This document shows positions 12,247 to 25,700 of a stretch of DNA of 64,000 bases, piece after piece. Source of the stretch: Trichosphaerium sp. ATCC 40318 (Eukaryota; Protista; Tubulinea); the NCBI GenBank assembly GCA_038496445.1, contig JALMLS010000531.1, forward strand, positions 186,001 through 250,000, in the 5' to 3' direction. The notes under the pieces are model-generated. The model was not told the origin of the DNA. It did not search any database and saw only the letters and a program-made list of their open reading frames with translations. The translations under genes were made by a program, and so were the position numbers. Within the stretch, counting starts at the first letter, position 1. Every line of letters starts with the position of its first letter.

Positions 12247-13257
12247 ATGTCGAAGCAACGCCAAGTATCCCCAAATCAATGGTAAGGATCACGTACTACT
12301 CTATTTGTGTTTTAACACCCTAAAAGCGCACCTGTGACCATTTTGGAGTTGCCCACAGAGATTTTAGCTCATATCTTACAAAAAACAACAAAAGCCCGAT
12401 TTGCGGCTTGTCAAACCTGCAATTACTTTGCCTCTATCATTCACGACATCGTTGGATACGAAAATGTTACCATTTCAACACTATCAGAAGCAAAAGCGCT
12501 TTTACAACATGGTGCTGCTCTCCAACACACAAAAATTAAGCTGAAAGACGATTCTGTTGATATTGTCAAAGAATTTGCTGGTGTGCATAGTATTGATCTC
12601 GGATACACTTCAGTTACAGATGAAGGTGTCAAAGCACTTTCTGGTGTTCATACCATTGATCTTAGTTATTGTTGCCAAATTACAGACGAAGGCATCAAAG
12701 CACTTACTGGTGCTCACACCATTAACCTTAGTTTTTGCTACAAACTTACAGATGAAGGCATAAAAGCACTTTCTGGTGTTCATTCTATTGATCTCAGGGA
12801 ATGTTTTATCACAGATGAAGGCGTCAAAGCACTTTCTGGTGTTCATACCATTGATCTTACTTGTTGTTACAAACTCACAGATGAAGGTGTGAAATCACTT
12901 TCTGGTGTCCATGCCATTTATCTTAGGAATTGTCACAAAATTACAGATGAAGGTGTAAAAGCACTTTCTGGCGTTCATACCAGTGATCTTACTGGTTGTA
13001 TTAACATTACAGATGAAAGTGCAAAATCTCTTATTGGTGCTCATGCAATTGATCTTTCAAGGACAAATATTACAGATGAAGGTGTGAAAGTACTGTCTGA
13101 CATTCATACCATTGATATGAGAGACTGCAAAAACATTACAAATGAAGGTGTAAAAGGACTTTTGGGTGTTCATGCCATTGATCTTAGTGGTTGTATTAAA
13201 ATAACAGAAGAAGGTATAAAAGTGCTAAGAGATCATCATACTATTGTTTATAGATAG
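12247..13257 (+). CDS. F-box + leucine-rich repeat protein
   Basis: ILELPTEILAHIL...AACQTCNYF (F-box) and about nine 24-25 aa repeats of the VHTIDLSYCxxITDEGVKALSG type. ATG 12247 joins in frame through intron 12282-12326. Confidence 0.9.
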
Positions 13258-13445
13258 ACCTTCATGTTAAATCGGACAGAACACTAATACATTTGTAATT
13301 GGAATCCAACAAGATCGTAAATAGCATCTACAACATATCCACTATTGAATACAGTAACATTCTTTGTACACATAAAAAACGAAAAAGAAAAATATGTACA
13401 AAATTGTTAAACAACTTATTTTATTCTTGTGAATAAGATTTTTTG

Positions 13446-14570
13446 TTAAAGAAGGTTGTGTAGTTGTAAAGAAGTGAGGAATACAGACTTTAAGTTATCT
13501 AGTTCTGTCTTATATTCAGGTTTATCTTCAACAAGTCCTTTCAAAATCATATCTGTTTTAACCTTTTCCTCTGACACACTGTGCTTAATAAAAGTAACGT
13601 TCCCAAATTCTATAGAATCTAGCCTCATGTGTCCCAAAAACCCTTCTATATTGCAATTAATATAGTAGTTAATGAAGGGTTGTATCAATCTTATGCATTG
13701 CAAAAAAGTATTCAACATTTTTAGGGATTTTAAGAAACTTGTGCCCAATACAACGACAACTTACCTTCAACATTATATTTAAATGTGTGAGTATCTGGAA
13801 TGTATTGAACATCGTAGTGAGCAATTTTTGTTAAGCCCTCCAAGATATTATCAGCTCCGAATGAATCAACAATAACAAACTACGAAAAAAGTTTTAGCTA
13901 ACACTTTTTTTTATTTTTAATTTCTCATACCTCATATAAAGTGACCACCCTGAAAAATCCTTTGTATATAATCTTGACGTCCGAAATTTCTTCATCAGAT
14001 TTAGAAACAATAGCAGTTTCTAAAGAGTAGTTGTGTTAAGTAATTGACCTAACAGGTAGAAAAATTTTGCGCTATTCAGTAAGTTTTAACTTTTCTCAAA
14101 TCTTACTTGCAGTTTTTATGATTGCTTGTATCTCATCCTGTAATAAATCACGTGTTAGTTATAATACTACTATTTAAATCTTTGTACCGAATACGAAGAT
14201 GTATCAGGTAAGTCCTCAGGCGCATTGCAACCACCATACCAGGACTTGTACACGCAACTCTGTTTATCGAAAAAAAAAAGTCAACAAGTTGCAGAAAAAC
14301 AAAAAGTGAAATAGCGTTGTACGTCAAAGTTGGATAGTTCTGTTGCGCTGGCGCATTGAAACCTTACTAAAGATCCCTCGACGTCATTGTAATATGCAAC
14401 GAAATGATGCTTAAAGGAAATAAGCTTCAAAAACCGTAATTAAACGTAATTAAGCTTTGATTATGTAATACGGGCATAGGCGTTACCTTTGCAGGGTTTT
14501 TATTAACAGTAATACCGTAATAGTGTACATTACGTTGTAATTGTAGCAACCGATTGTCAGCGTTGGCCAT
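13446..14570 (-). CDS. Hypothetical multi-exon protein
   Basis: A chain of short GT-AG-bounded exons gives MANADNRLLQ...SCVYKSWYGG...GFFRVVTLYE...MRLDSIEFGNVTF...LHNLL*. No family recognised with confidence. Confidence 0.5.
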
Positions 14571-14821
14571 TGTTTGTCTAACGCTTTTTGATTACTACGG
14601 TTAAGTTTGCTTAAGCGAGAGCTCTTACGTATCGCAACACGTGCTTGCAAAACTATCGCTGGAACGTTCGATGTGTATCTTGAATCATTGAAACTATTTA
14701 CAGAGGCTTCTATGTCCAACAGCGACTGGCTTTCTGAACTAAACTTGCAATGTAGTTTGCGAAAAGTCGTGTTTATTATTGACAATCGTATTTACAAGAT
14801 ATACCACAATTAAACATGTGT

Positions 14822-15807
14822 TCACACCTTCGCTAACGTAGGTCTGAATTTTTTGAGTGCTGGATCATCTTTACTCGCCAACGTCTTCTTTGCCTTACGT
14901 ACTTGTTCAACAACTTTGTCAAACTTTTTCATATCAGGTACTTCAAATACGCCATCTCCATTGATCTTGTTATTTGGCATCTTCTTGTATCGTTGTGCTT
15001 GTTTCGTGTCTTTACCCCAACCACATGCCCAAAGTGCATCAGGCTCAACAAGAGGATGAATAGAACCTTTGGAATCCAAGTAGAATCCACTTTTAAACCC
15101 TTGACATCCTGTTTTGTTGATCACTTTGTGAGCGCCCTTTAGAATCTCAAGTACAGCTGCAAGTGTTGCATTTGCTTTTGGCATTCCTGTCATCACGTAG
15201 AAGGTTCTTTTGCTGATTGGATGATTTCCTAGACGAAAGTGAGTCAAACAATAAACATCAAAAGAAACAAAACGAAGTAATGTACCTAAACCAGATTTGA
15301 TTTTTTCTTCAATCCATGCTGTGCGAACTGCTTTTTGAACCTTATCGTATGGTGTCCACCATGTCTTCATTGAGCAAGAATCGCTGATATGAGCACAATA
15401 ATTTGTACCATTTGGATTTGGACTGATGATTCCAATACAAGGACCCAAGCCAGCAACACCACAAGGTTTTGCTATCATAAACTGTTAGACTAAATTTCAA
15501 AACACTGAATACGAGAACTTACGCAATGACTTCATGAATGTGCCTCCGACACCTCCTCCAACAGTTGCAGGTTTAACTGAGGGCTTCTTTGTACTATCGT
15601 AAAGTCAGAATACTAAATAGATGAACCAAGGACGTACACTTTCTCTCCATGAGCTTTCTTTTGAAGCATTTGTTGTTTTCGTTGTTTAGCTTCTTCTCTC
15701 ATTCTAAGTTGTTTTTCTGTTGGTTTTGGTTTTACTGGTTTTTTCTTTTGAGTGACACGTTTTGTTGTCTTGTTTTTGTTTCCAGTCGTTGATCTTTGTT
15801 TTGACAT
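14822..15807 (-). CDS. CheD/CNF1-like putative Cys-His deamidase, paralog A, with a basic N-terminal extension
   Basis: Motif GVAGLGPCIGIISPNPNGTNYCAHISD resembles the CheD GLGSC-x(15-17)-H catalytic segment; short introns; near-identical paralog at 28270-29177. Confidence 0.6.
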
Positions 15808-16289
15808 TGTTGGGTTTGTTGTTTTTGAAGCTTGTTGTTGTGTTGTGTGTTGGTTGTTGTTGATTTTGATTGTTTTACAAGTCAGTGAAACAAACATGAT
15901 GTGATAACCACAATTTTTATTTTTGTTTCCTCGATACACACTCAGATGCACGCTCACTTTTTTCTCAATTTAAAGTGTTAACGAGTACCAACGGCATGTA
16001 TTAAAGCTATTCCATGCTATGAAACATTCATAGTTAATAAAAACCGCTGTGACTTGATTAATACGCTTATGCTGCGCACATAGAACAATAAACGATAGCC
16101 ACAGGTTGTTTTGTCGAGAAATATCGTGAAAATAACAAAACGACCTTTTTTAAATCACGTGCTATTTTTCTAGCAGGAAGAAGTTGTTGTTAATGGTAAT
16201 TTCATGGTAAATTTACTTCCCTGGAGTAGTGCGGGTACATTTTGATAAAACAAACAACATTGACAAAAAAAAAATGTGAAAAACTTTAT

Positions 16290-18352
16290 TTACAATTGTT
16301 TGAATCTATCTATTAGTGCTTGGTGTTGCATGTGTTTAGAAAGGTTGGACATAAAAGAGTGAACATGTACATCTTCCTGTGGCCTACACAAAATGATTAA
16401 CGACAAAGGGGACAACCAAAGGTAAATTTACCTATCTCCTTTTAAAATTATAGCCAAATAAAATCGCGGCTCAATTCGTAAGACATAGTACGTCTCCTTT
16501 AAGCTATTATCATGCATATGCGCTGGAAATGGTGGGAAAGATGCTAAGTAATCTACAAAGTCACGAATAAGAGATACTACAACAGCTTGTTGTGCTCCAG
16601 GTAGGTCACTCTACAACAAAAAAAGTCAGTAAGTTTTGCCTTCGGTTAAAAAAGGAAAATCTGTTGTAGTTGAACTCAATAACTGAAAATAAAAGCACGT
16701 GCATGAACAAGAAATTACAACGTTTCTCGAATCGATTTCAAAAAAAAATAGTTGAAAAATCTGTCATTGCGTGTTGCAACGCCAGTTAACAGATTTCTCA
16801 CAAAGCAAGTTTGATAGCTTTTACGTTAAAAAAATTACCTGTGGATAGGAAAACACAGCAGGCCAGTATGATAGCTTTGTATAATGATCAGCTTCGCTTA
16901 CTTCTGCTGGTTCAAGTAGTACGCTGACATTGAAAGCGTTATGAGCTTTAGCAAATTGGCAAAGGCTGCATACCAGTTAGTGAGTACACGGTCATATCAG
17001 AATATGTTTGAGAAAGTAAAATTATAATATTATCTTGCCTTTCAACATAGTCTCTACCGTATGGTAGGTTTTCTATAGCCTTTATATGATTCCCTTTAAA
17101 CACTATACTGAAATATAACTTCAATTTTGATACAAGGACCAAGTATATCTCTTTAGCAAAAGTATGTAATCTCAATCCCTAAAAGTTTTATCACTTGATA
17201 TACGTCACCACGCTTTGAAGGAACTTGCTCATAAAAGAGCGAAGCGTCATATTACCAAGTGTTGTTTGACACGTGTCTAGATATTTGACGTACAGGTTTA
17301 CCAATCTTATATTCCCATGAGTCAATCTGAGATCTACATTGATGAGCCCAATCTATAGAACCTCTGCAATCAAAGGACTCAAGCGCAACTTGAAACCTGC
17401 AAAGCTTGATCAAAGTCTCAATCTCTGTCCTACACAAAACTGTAAATAACTAACTTCCATGGTCGGAAAGGTTCACAAAAACTTTGTCCCACTACTCCAG
17501 GACAGTGATAAATGATACAAAAAAATTGGTTTTTGTGTCAGAAATATAAGATCTGACTTTGACAAGTTTTGTTGTTTGTGGCGTACAAGAAGTTCTTTTT
17601 CATTTGCTGAAGTAGTGGGTGGTCTAGCACTGTTGCCACTTGTTGGAATATACCACGGAAACGGTTCAATAGTGGTTCATATAAAGGTAGAGAAGCATCC
17701 TTCCGTTGAAATCCACGATATCTTTAAAAAACGTCAAGGAACTCAAACTTGTTTGTTCGTTTGCGTTTAAAATAATAAAACTAAGTAGGATACAATGCTA
17801 CGAGTGTTTTGCGCATATTTACAAGGATGCACATTTCCTTGATGAGGAGAGAAAAATACTTAACTTCCTCTCCTGTTTTACCTTCTTCAGATGCTGATAT
17901 GTTATCAAATACGCCTAAAAAATCAGATAAATACGCGTTTTGCTGATGGGAAATGTAATTTTCACTTTGAATGTCGTTGTACCTATGAGATGGTTTAAAC
18001 TTGTCAACAATCGCTTGTGTAGCTCGTTGAATTGCTACAAACGTAAAAATGTGAAATAGACCATGTATGCTTACGATTTTTGCGTCTGCGTCGAAAGAAA
18101 AGAACGACAGACTACAGTAAATATTTTCTGAAGCTACAAAGAGCAACAACGGTTGAACAAGCAATAAAAGCGATCGTTCCATCTCTACATCACTCTAATG
18201 CGCTTAACATGACGTATAATCAATTTACAACGTACTGATTTTGTTCTGAGAAGGAGAGCAGCCTTTTTAAACTGAAAACGCTCCACATACGTAAAAAACA
18301 GTAACAACACTTCGTTGATACGAATGTGGGATGTTTGTTCCTCGCCTTCCAT
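16290..18352 (-). CDS. KICS2: KICSTOR subunit 2 (C12orf66)-like protein; multi-exon
   Basis: Colinear segments resemble KICS2 as I recall it: EVLLLFFTYVERFQFKKA, LLFVASENIYCSLSF, LVSKLKLYF, WPAVFSYP and KETYYVLRIEPRFYLAII...FMSNLSKHMQ. Confidence 0.75.
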
Positions 18353-18766
18353 AATGTGACTAGTTACTCTTACAAAAACAATGTTGAAAAAACCAGAATT
18401 GACCTTGTTTGACTTTGATGCCTTTTTTGTTAGATTGTATGGCAACGCGTTAACTCACATTCGTATTCTCCGCCGTAAATTAGGTACGAACTAGTATTTA
18501 CTATCTACAAAATACATTTTAAACCAATAGAACGTGTGCATTTGGTTTTAATTACACCATCCGTCAGTATGCCGCGTTTTAACACAAAAGTTAACAAATA
18601 ATTCCTCAATACTTTTATTTGTTTAGCCCGCCAATTCTGTTACGATAAACCACGCGTTCACCACTTTTACTCGTTGAAAACAAGCTTCTCACTAGTTTTG
18701 GAGTTCTAGATAGTTTTTTTTTTAAGCGGTTTTTCAATCTAACATTTGTTCGCCACAGGTTCAAAG

Positions 18767-21700
18767 ATGGCGCGACCTACTCTCACAAAAGAAGAACTAG
18801 AACGCGCAATTAACTTTGATCTTCTTATAGTACGTCAAAGCGAAGCGTCACGTGATGTTTACCGTCTTTTTTAATAGAGTGTCGTACAAACAACTTTTCG
18901 AACTGATGAAATAAAAGCATGCCTACGGTGAGTACCGCCACAAATACTTGAACAACACCCTTGCGTTCTATTCCTAACCATTCTTTTCAGTTACTTGGGA
19001 CAATTACGAGGTTATAGCGGCGTGCGAAAGCACATTTTGTGCACAAGATTAATAAGTATTTTGGCGTTGAGAGTACGCCAATGTGATCAATCCATCATAA
19101 CAATAGAAGAGCTTTATGACATATGCCTCAAATGTGAAGAACTAAGGCACGTGCCACGCCCATTCTTTTCTCTGAAATGTAACAATCAACGTAGTAAACA
19201 AACAAGAAAAGGAAGAAGATACATGTTTTTGGGTTGTGACAGATACCCAAGACCAACACAACCTGATCGTAGACCTGCTCGACAAATATACACACCTCAG
19301 AGACAATATCATGTCCCAACGACTACAACAGTACCTGTTACGTTCACAAGTGGTAATGCATCAAATCTACCTCAATTCATACTGGACAAAGCATCAAAAC
19401 CTGATCCACGTGATCCTTTTCATGTTACAAACTCTAAAGTTGTTTTTTGGTTCAAAGTCAATAGCGCAGGAACACATCTCCATAAGTTTGTTAAACCTCA
19501 AAATTCTGGTGGCAAGCTTTATATACTAAGGTGTTTCAGTCATACACCTCTTCTTGATGAAGGTTACTGTCCTTGGCCACCATTATTGAGTCAAATCATT
19601 TTGAACAATACACTGTTGGAGTTTAAAAAAGTACGTGAAATCGGTGCATATTTTTCTCAACAAAATCTCCACTTAGACTTCAGCTCATTACTTAAAACTA
19701 CTTTTTTTTTGGTCTCTCACATAACTTTCAAGTAACCAATACTTTTAATCATAACAATACCCAAAACAAGAGCCATGATTTATCAAACTTAAATTTTGAA
19801 AAAAAAGTTGGTTTTTTTGACTTTGTGCAAGCTTTTGGTTTAATTTCTCACTTCTAGGGTGAATGTCTGGAACTTAATCATCTCCGTGAAGGAAATAATT
19901 CTTTTACTGTTGGCGGATTCTTTCCAAGGGTACGATACAAAGTTTTTTCCAATTTTGAATAAAAAATCAATAAAGTCTTTTTTCTAACTTTTGTAGCCGT
20001 GGTATGGCGTGATGCAAGAATTTACAAGACCTTCTGTAGATTCTTTATGCCGAGGTTTACGTCAACTGTCATTTGAGGAAAGCAAGAATCAAGGTAAGCA
20101 TAACAAAGCTTGGTTAGTAAAAAGTATTAATTAACACTTATCCCAAGTTCGACTATCGTTTAACAACACATGTGGTATCGAGGAGGTTGAGCGTAAAGTT
20201 GCTTTAATTGATCCACTTGGATTAGGACGTATAACAATACCTGGCCGTGGGACACATTGCAGACATGTTAAGGTACGTATTCTGGAGACAACTCAAGCAA
20301 CCAAAAAAATCGGATTATGTTGTCAGTGTTGCACTTGATGTACTGCGCCGATTAAGCTATTTATAGTTCTAATGTGTTCATTAGTGTTTTGATGTTCGTA
20401 TATGGCTTGAGATGAATAAACGTTCAAACACTTGGAAATGCCCTATTTGCTCGAAGAGTTTACTTTTAAATCAAGTGGTAGTAGATTCTTACTTTGTCAA
20501 AATATTAAACGATGTCACTGATAATGAAGTCACAATACGTCCAGATGGTAACTATGATACTAAACCTGCTGCACAAGCGCATGTTATTGATAGCGATGAT
20601 GAAGACAATGACAACGACGGATCTAACAATAAACCATCAAAATGTGTTACAATTGACTTAACACTTGATGACAGTGACAACGAAGATGACATGATGATAG
20701 TAGATGATCAACAAGACATGAACGAAGTAAATAGAAAAGCCAGACTAGGTATACTTCAAAGTATACTTCAAAAGGGGGACTTAAACAACAACGACGGCTT
20801 AGAAGCTTTAGCTGCTGTTGCTGAAAGCGAAAAAGAAATTAATGACAGTAATCAAGCTCAAGAAATCCCGACGCCTGGTCAGACACAATCTCATCGTTCT
20901 GTGTATGATGAGACGCTCGACAATGCTGATTATCTGCATTTGAAGAAGCTAAATCGTTCTATACAAGTATGCGACGATATTATACGAATGCAAAGAAAAA
21001 TCGCTGAGGAGAACCGTGAAACAGGTAAAGTGTTGTATACATTGGTAAATTATGGTGTTACTAAAAACCCTTGTAAGGTACTGAATCATCAGATGAAGCT
21101 TCAGAGGAAGATTCATCACAACCTCCTGAAGTGAGACGTTCAAATGGTTTGTCAGAAGATCCTGTAGCTGAAGATAAACAACAAGATAATGATGTTGAAG
21201 ATGAAGGTGACAAAGTCGAGGAAGATAGTAATAATGACGACGAAGATGAAAATGAAACGGTAGCTATGAGACTTGGAAGGTTAAGGCGAATTTCTAGAGA
21301 TTTAGTCGTGTCCTATGTTGAAGAAGATGACAATATTGAAAAATACAATATACTCCCAAAACATGATCAAGAGGAAATTGAACGTGGGTGGATTGAGCCT
21401 TTAGAGATTAGCACAAAAGATATAAGATATGTTTGTCATATTTGTGATGCAGGACCTATAGAGAAAAATGTTTGGGTTCAGCACACTACATCTCATAGAC
21501 ATGTTGGTAAAATACAAAAAAAGAGAACGTTCGAAGAACTTCAAGCTAAGAAAACTGTGATTGAGGAGCAAGTAGAATCATTCAAGAGAGATTGGGTAGC
21601 GAGAAGGCAAAAAAAATATGGTAATTGCATTGATTTTAGAGGTATTGTATTTGGTGGGCGTCTGCACAAGACATGGTACGACTTATTATTTTTCCAAATA

Positions 21701-22033
21701 AAGAAAAAAAACTCACGTGTTTCTACAAGGGGTATTTGTAAGGCTTGTTCATGGTATGGAGAAAAAAAATCTCTTATTACGCATTGTAAGTCGCAAGAAC
21801 ATAAAGACAACTTGATATCTTGGTTTGCAAAATCTCAGGGTAATAATAAACGTAAGAGACACAAAGACGATAACGAAGATTCTGAACCCAAAACGAAAAA
21901 AAAGAAAAGTTCTGAATCTGGTGAGGATCTTAGTTATATTCAAATAAGCTCCAGCAGTGATGAAGAGGATAATGTTTCTTTCAGTAGTAGTGGTAATGGT
22001 AGTGATTTTGATAGCTTTATACACCACACATAG
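18767..22033 (+). CDS. PIAS/Siz-type SP-RING (MIZ) SUMO E3 ligase with acidic SIM-like segments and two C-terminal C2H2 (matrin-like) zinc fingers
   Basis: VALIDPLGLGRITIPGRGTHCRHVK|CFDVRIWLEMNKRSNTWKCPICSK is an SP-RING; SAP-like N-terminus; VTIDLTLDDSD is SIM-like. An intron near 21024-21077 joins the last ORF, which has CHICD...HTTSHRH and CKACS...HCKSQEH. Confidence 0.85.
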
Positions 22034-22787
22034 GGTAAATCTTCACTTGTAAATACTTGTACAAACAGAAAAAAAAAACAACTACGATTCAAAGTAGAGA
22101 TGTGATTTACTTCCGTGTTGTTTGACTTAGAAATGTTGGTTGTCCTTAGTAATCTATCATAAGCACATTCATACAGACTTTTCGCTCACATACATGTGGA
22201 TACCAACCATTTCAAAACAAATACTACTTTATTTGCAACGCCGCTTCCTATTATTTTCTGATTGTTGCTAGCGCTTGGAAACCGTTACGGTACAAGACCA
22301 AAACTCTGAACATGTTTGTATATTCTCCCATGCGCTATAGTATAGGCTACATGAGCGTAAGACGTTGTAGCACTGACTCCTCAGCTAAAATATTCCCGTC
22401 ACAGTTGTTTATCATAGAATAGTCTTGTGAGGCAACTGTCGCAACATCCAGCAGCTTGGTGGCTAACGCGCTTAGACAATGCCTGAATAATTTTGCATTG
22501 AGTTTAAATAAGGTGCCTTTGCCAGGAGAAATTGATACTCAGAGCACCAAAAATGTACTGTAGATGGGTTGTAGTGGTCAGAAAGTTAACACAGCCAATT
22601 ACCCATTTGTTGTGACAAATCACAGTCCGCCCTTGCAGCGGTCTTGTGTATCCATTGTGAACAAGATTGTTGCTTGAATAAAACTAATTCGAGAAATGAG
22701 AGGCCTAATTAAGAGCTTTCTTTCCGCTTTAAGCAAGTGTAAAACTCAATTCACATTAAATTCACTTGTACGCACGCTGCTGAAGAA

Positions 22788-25700
22788 ATGTTTCCTTCCA
22801 AGGGACCTTTCTCAGAGGCTAGCTACGTCCCAGCGCCAGAAGGCACTCCTGGCCCACCGCAACCTTTAACACCGGCAGTTACAACTACCGCCGCTTATGA
22901 TGGTATAATTACATACCCTCAGTGATCCCTAATAGTAGTAGACCCTCAAATCGACGATGATCCAAAGTTATACGATGATAGAAGCGCTGCAAGTAGTTTT
23001 TCATCCCTCGCCACTCGCCTTTCACTTGTAGATGGGTTTATGGCCGAATCAGATCCAAACAAACCAAAAAAAAAGAAAAGTAATTACGCTCTCATTATAC
23101 GTACTAGCAAGTGCTAATAACATGGTAGCTGTTTTCTATGTAACTGGAGGCGCTTTGCTCGGTTTATTGCTAATAGGAATAATTGGCGCTTTTTGCTTTG
23201 TATACTTCACCGACAGTGCCCAACAAGACGGTACGGAAGAATTACTCAACGGAACTTCTAAACAACAGAAAATCGATATTGTCGCTTTGTTCGCACAAAA
23301 ACTGTTGTTTTTTAAAGCAACGCCGACGTTTGATGAATATTTTTGTAATTTGTCATAGATTTGAACGATCGAGCTAGAAACCTTCACGACAGAGTGGATT
23401 TCAACGCTGCATACCACCAAAACGAAACAGACAACCTTCATGATAAAGTAGACGAACATAAAGAACAATCAAACATAGCGCTTGCTAAATCGATAAACAA
23501 AGTACACGACGCTATGGATGATAAATTCTCACAAACAAATATGCGTGTTGATATCGAGTTGCACCGTACACACGTTCACTTCACCCACGAAGTAAACCGC
23601 ACACATATTATTATGAATAGACGATTTGAAGACACAAACAAGAAGATCGACGACGGTTTGAAGTCTGTTAATGATAAAATCGATACGGGATTAACAGTTG
23701 TTAACGAAAAAATCGATACAGGTTTAACAGATGTTAACAAAAAAATCGATACGGGATTAACAGATGTTAACGAAAAAGTCGATACAGGATTAACAGATGT
23801 TAACGAAAAAGTCGATACAGGTTTAACAGATGTTAACGAAAAAGTCGATACAGGTTTAACAGATGTTAACAAAAAAGTCGATGACGGTCTTAACACTGTT
23901 AACGATAGAATGACAACAGAGATTACAGCAACAACACAAAAAATAGACCAAGGGGTTGCTCAAGTTAATAATAAGATTGACACTGAAATCAACGAAACAA
24001 ACACTTATATGGCCGCAGAATTCGCAAAGAGACCACTTCGTACGTGATTTTTTTTTCTACTCGTTTTTTTTCTTTTTTCGTTTTTTTTTCGAAATCTCGA
24101 ATGTTTTATGCTTATTCCTCCTTCTAGCGTGTCCAATGCAGTGTGAGAACAATGGTTCTCCAGATACTCTTTGTAAAAGATGTATTGCTTGTAATCCTGG
24201 ATGGGGTGGAACACTTTGTGATCAACCTGAGAGTTGTGCTGCAAGATGCACTGCTGGCACAGCTCCATGTTCTTGTAAACGTGGTACTATGATACCTAAC
24301 ACATGTTTATGTGATTGTCCACCAGGATGGATCTCTCCTGATTGCTCTGGTACGTCTTAATCCATTAGCTTCCAAAAACAATTTTTTGTTGTTTCTGTTA
24401 TCCACAAAAAAACTTACATTGTCGCTTAGTGCAAGATACAACTGTTACATTGGCTACAAAGATTCAGTTCTTGCAACAACAATTAGACCTTGCGTTAGCT
24501 GAACAAAACACTCAAAAGAGATCTTTTGACGATGATATTATTAGACTACCACATCACTTGGGTAAGTCTACTGGTTTTTTTTGTTCTTCATCTTTGTTGC
24601 TGACAAAATCTTTTAGGTACTGGTATGTCAGCCCATACCAAGCTTACAGGAGTTCCCCTCATCCAATTCACGTATGACGAGGACGAAAGTAAAACTTGGA
24701 CTCCAGTAGCCGGAACAACTTACACCGTTCCTGCTGAAGCAGCTTTCAATCCAATCTTGGGTGGAAAGTATCACTCATCAACGGAAACAAAGGTTTATAT
24801 TGATGCCAATGAACTCATCAATGATATGCGATCCCAGTACGTTCTTTTTTATGTCCTTAACGATTGGAGAGTAGTAGATACGCTGAAGTCATTACTAACT
24901 TGTTGTGTTTTTTAGCAAGAATGGAGGATTACAACCTGTTGCTCCACAAGAAATGCTTGAATCAAGGGCTGTTGATATATACAACGCTTACTTCCACTCA
25001 AGTTACTTAACAGTTGTACAAGAGTCATTCAAATTATTTGAAATGAAACTCCCTATCAACACACCTAACAATGTACGTCTGACTACCTTGCAAAAAGTGT
25101 AAAAAAAAATTTGTTCCTTGAAGTTTTTCTTTTGCGTTAAGTGCTGGTGTGCTTACAAACTTCCTTAGATCAGGCAATATAGATTAAGACGACAAATTCG
25201 TAGAGCGTTTGCGAGTCTACCTACTGGTGATGACGCACTAACTTCTGATGCTTACAATCAATACAAATTCGTCTTTGATAAATTTGGTGTTAGATACATT
25301 ACAAACAGTGTTGAAGGAGGTATCTTGACCAGCTTAACAGCTGTTCAAAATGAGGTGAATGGTTTGCAAACTGCAACAGGAGGATTCACAGGTTATGATT
25401 GGTCAAAAACCCAGGCTTTAGCAATGCATAAGAGCTCTTTAAGTAGTACGTTGTTTAGATCCCTATTAATACATCTTGGTTTTAAGTCAAGCTTACTTTT
25501 CTTTTTAGAAAAGACAGGTTCTTTTGTGAACCAATTGTTCCGTAGCAACGTGAGACTACATAAGACACTTTGCGCTGGTGGTAATGCACCAGAACAAGTA
25601 GCATGTACACAAACAAATGGATGGACAGATTCTCTTTATAAAGCACCGTATGTTACCCACTTCGACTCTGGTAACATTGCAGAGCTCATTGAAGACAATG

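Noticed and set aside
20412-22033. Overlapping adjacent ORFs (GTGA overlap) suggesting an operon, frameshift or recoded stop
   Set aside because: An ordinary intron near 21024-21077 explains it; TAA, TAG and TGA all act as stops in this window.
22080-22700. Possible small minus-strand gene between the SUMO ligase and MACPF genes
   Set aside because: Every exon chain I tried hit early stops.
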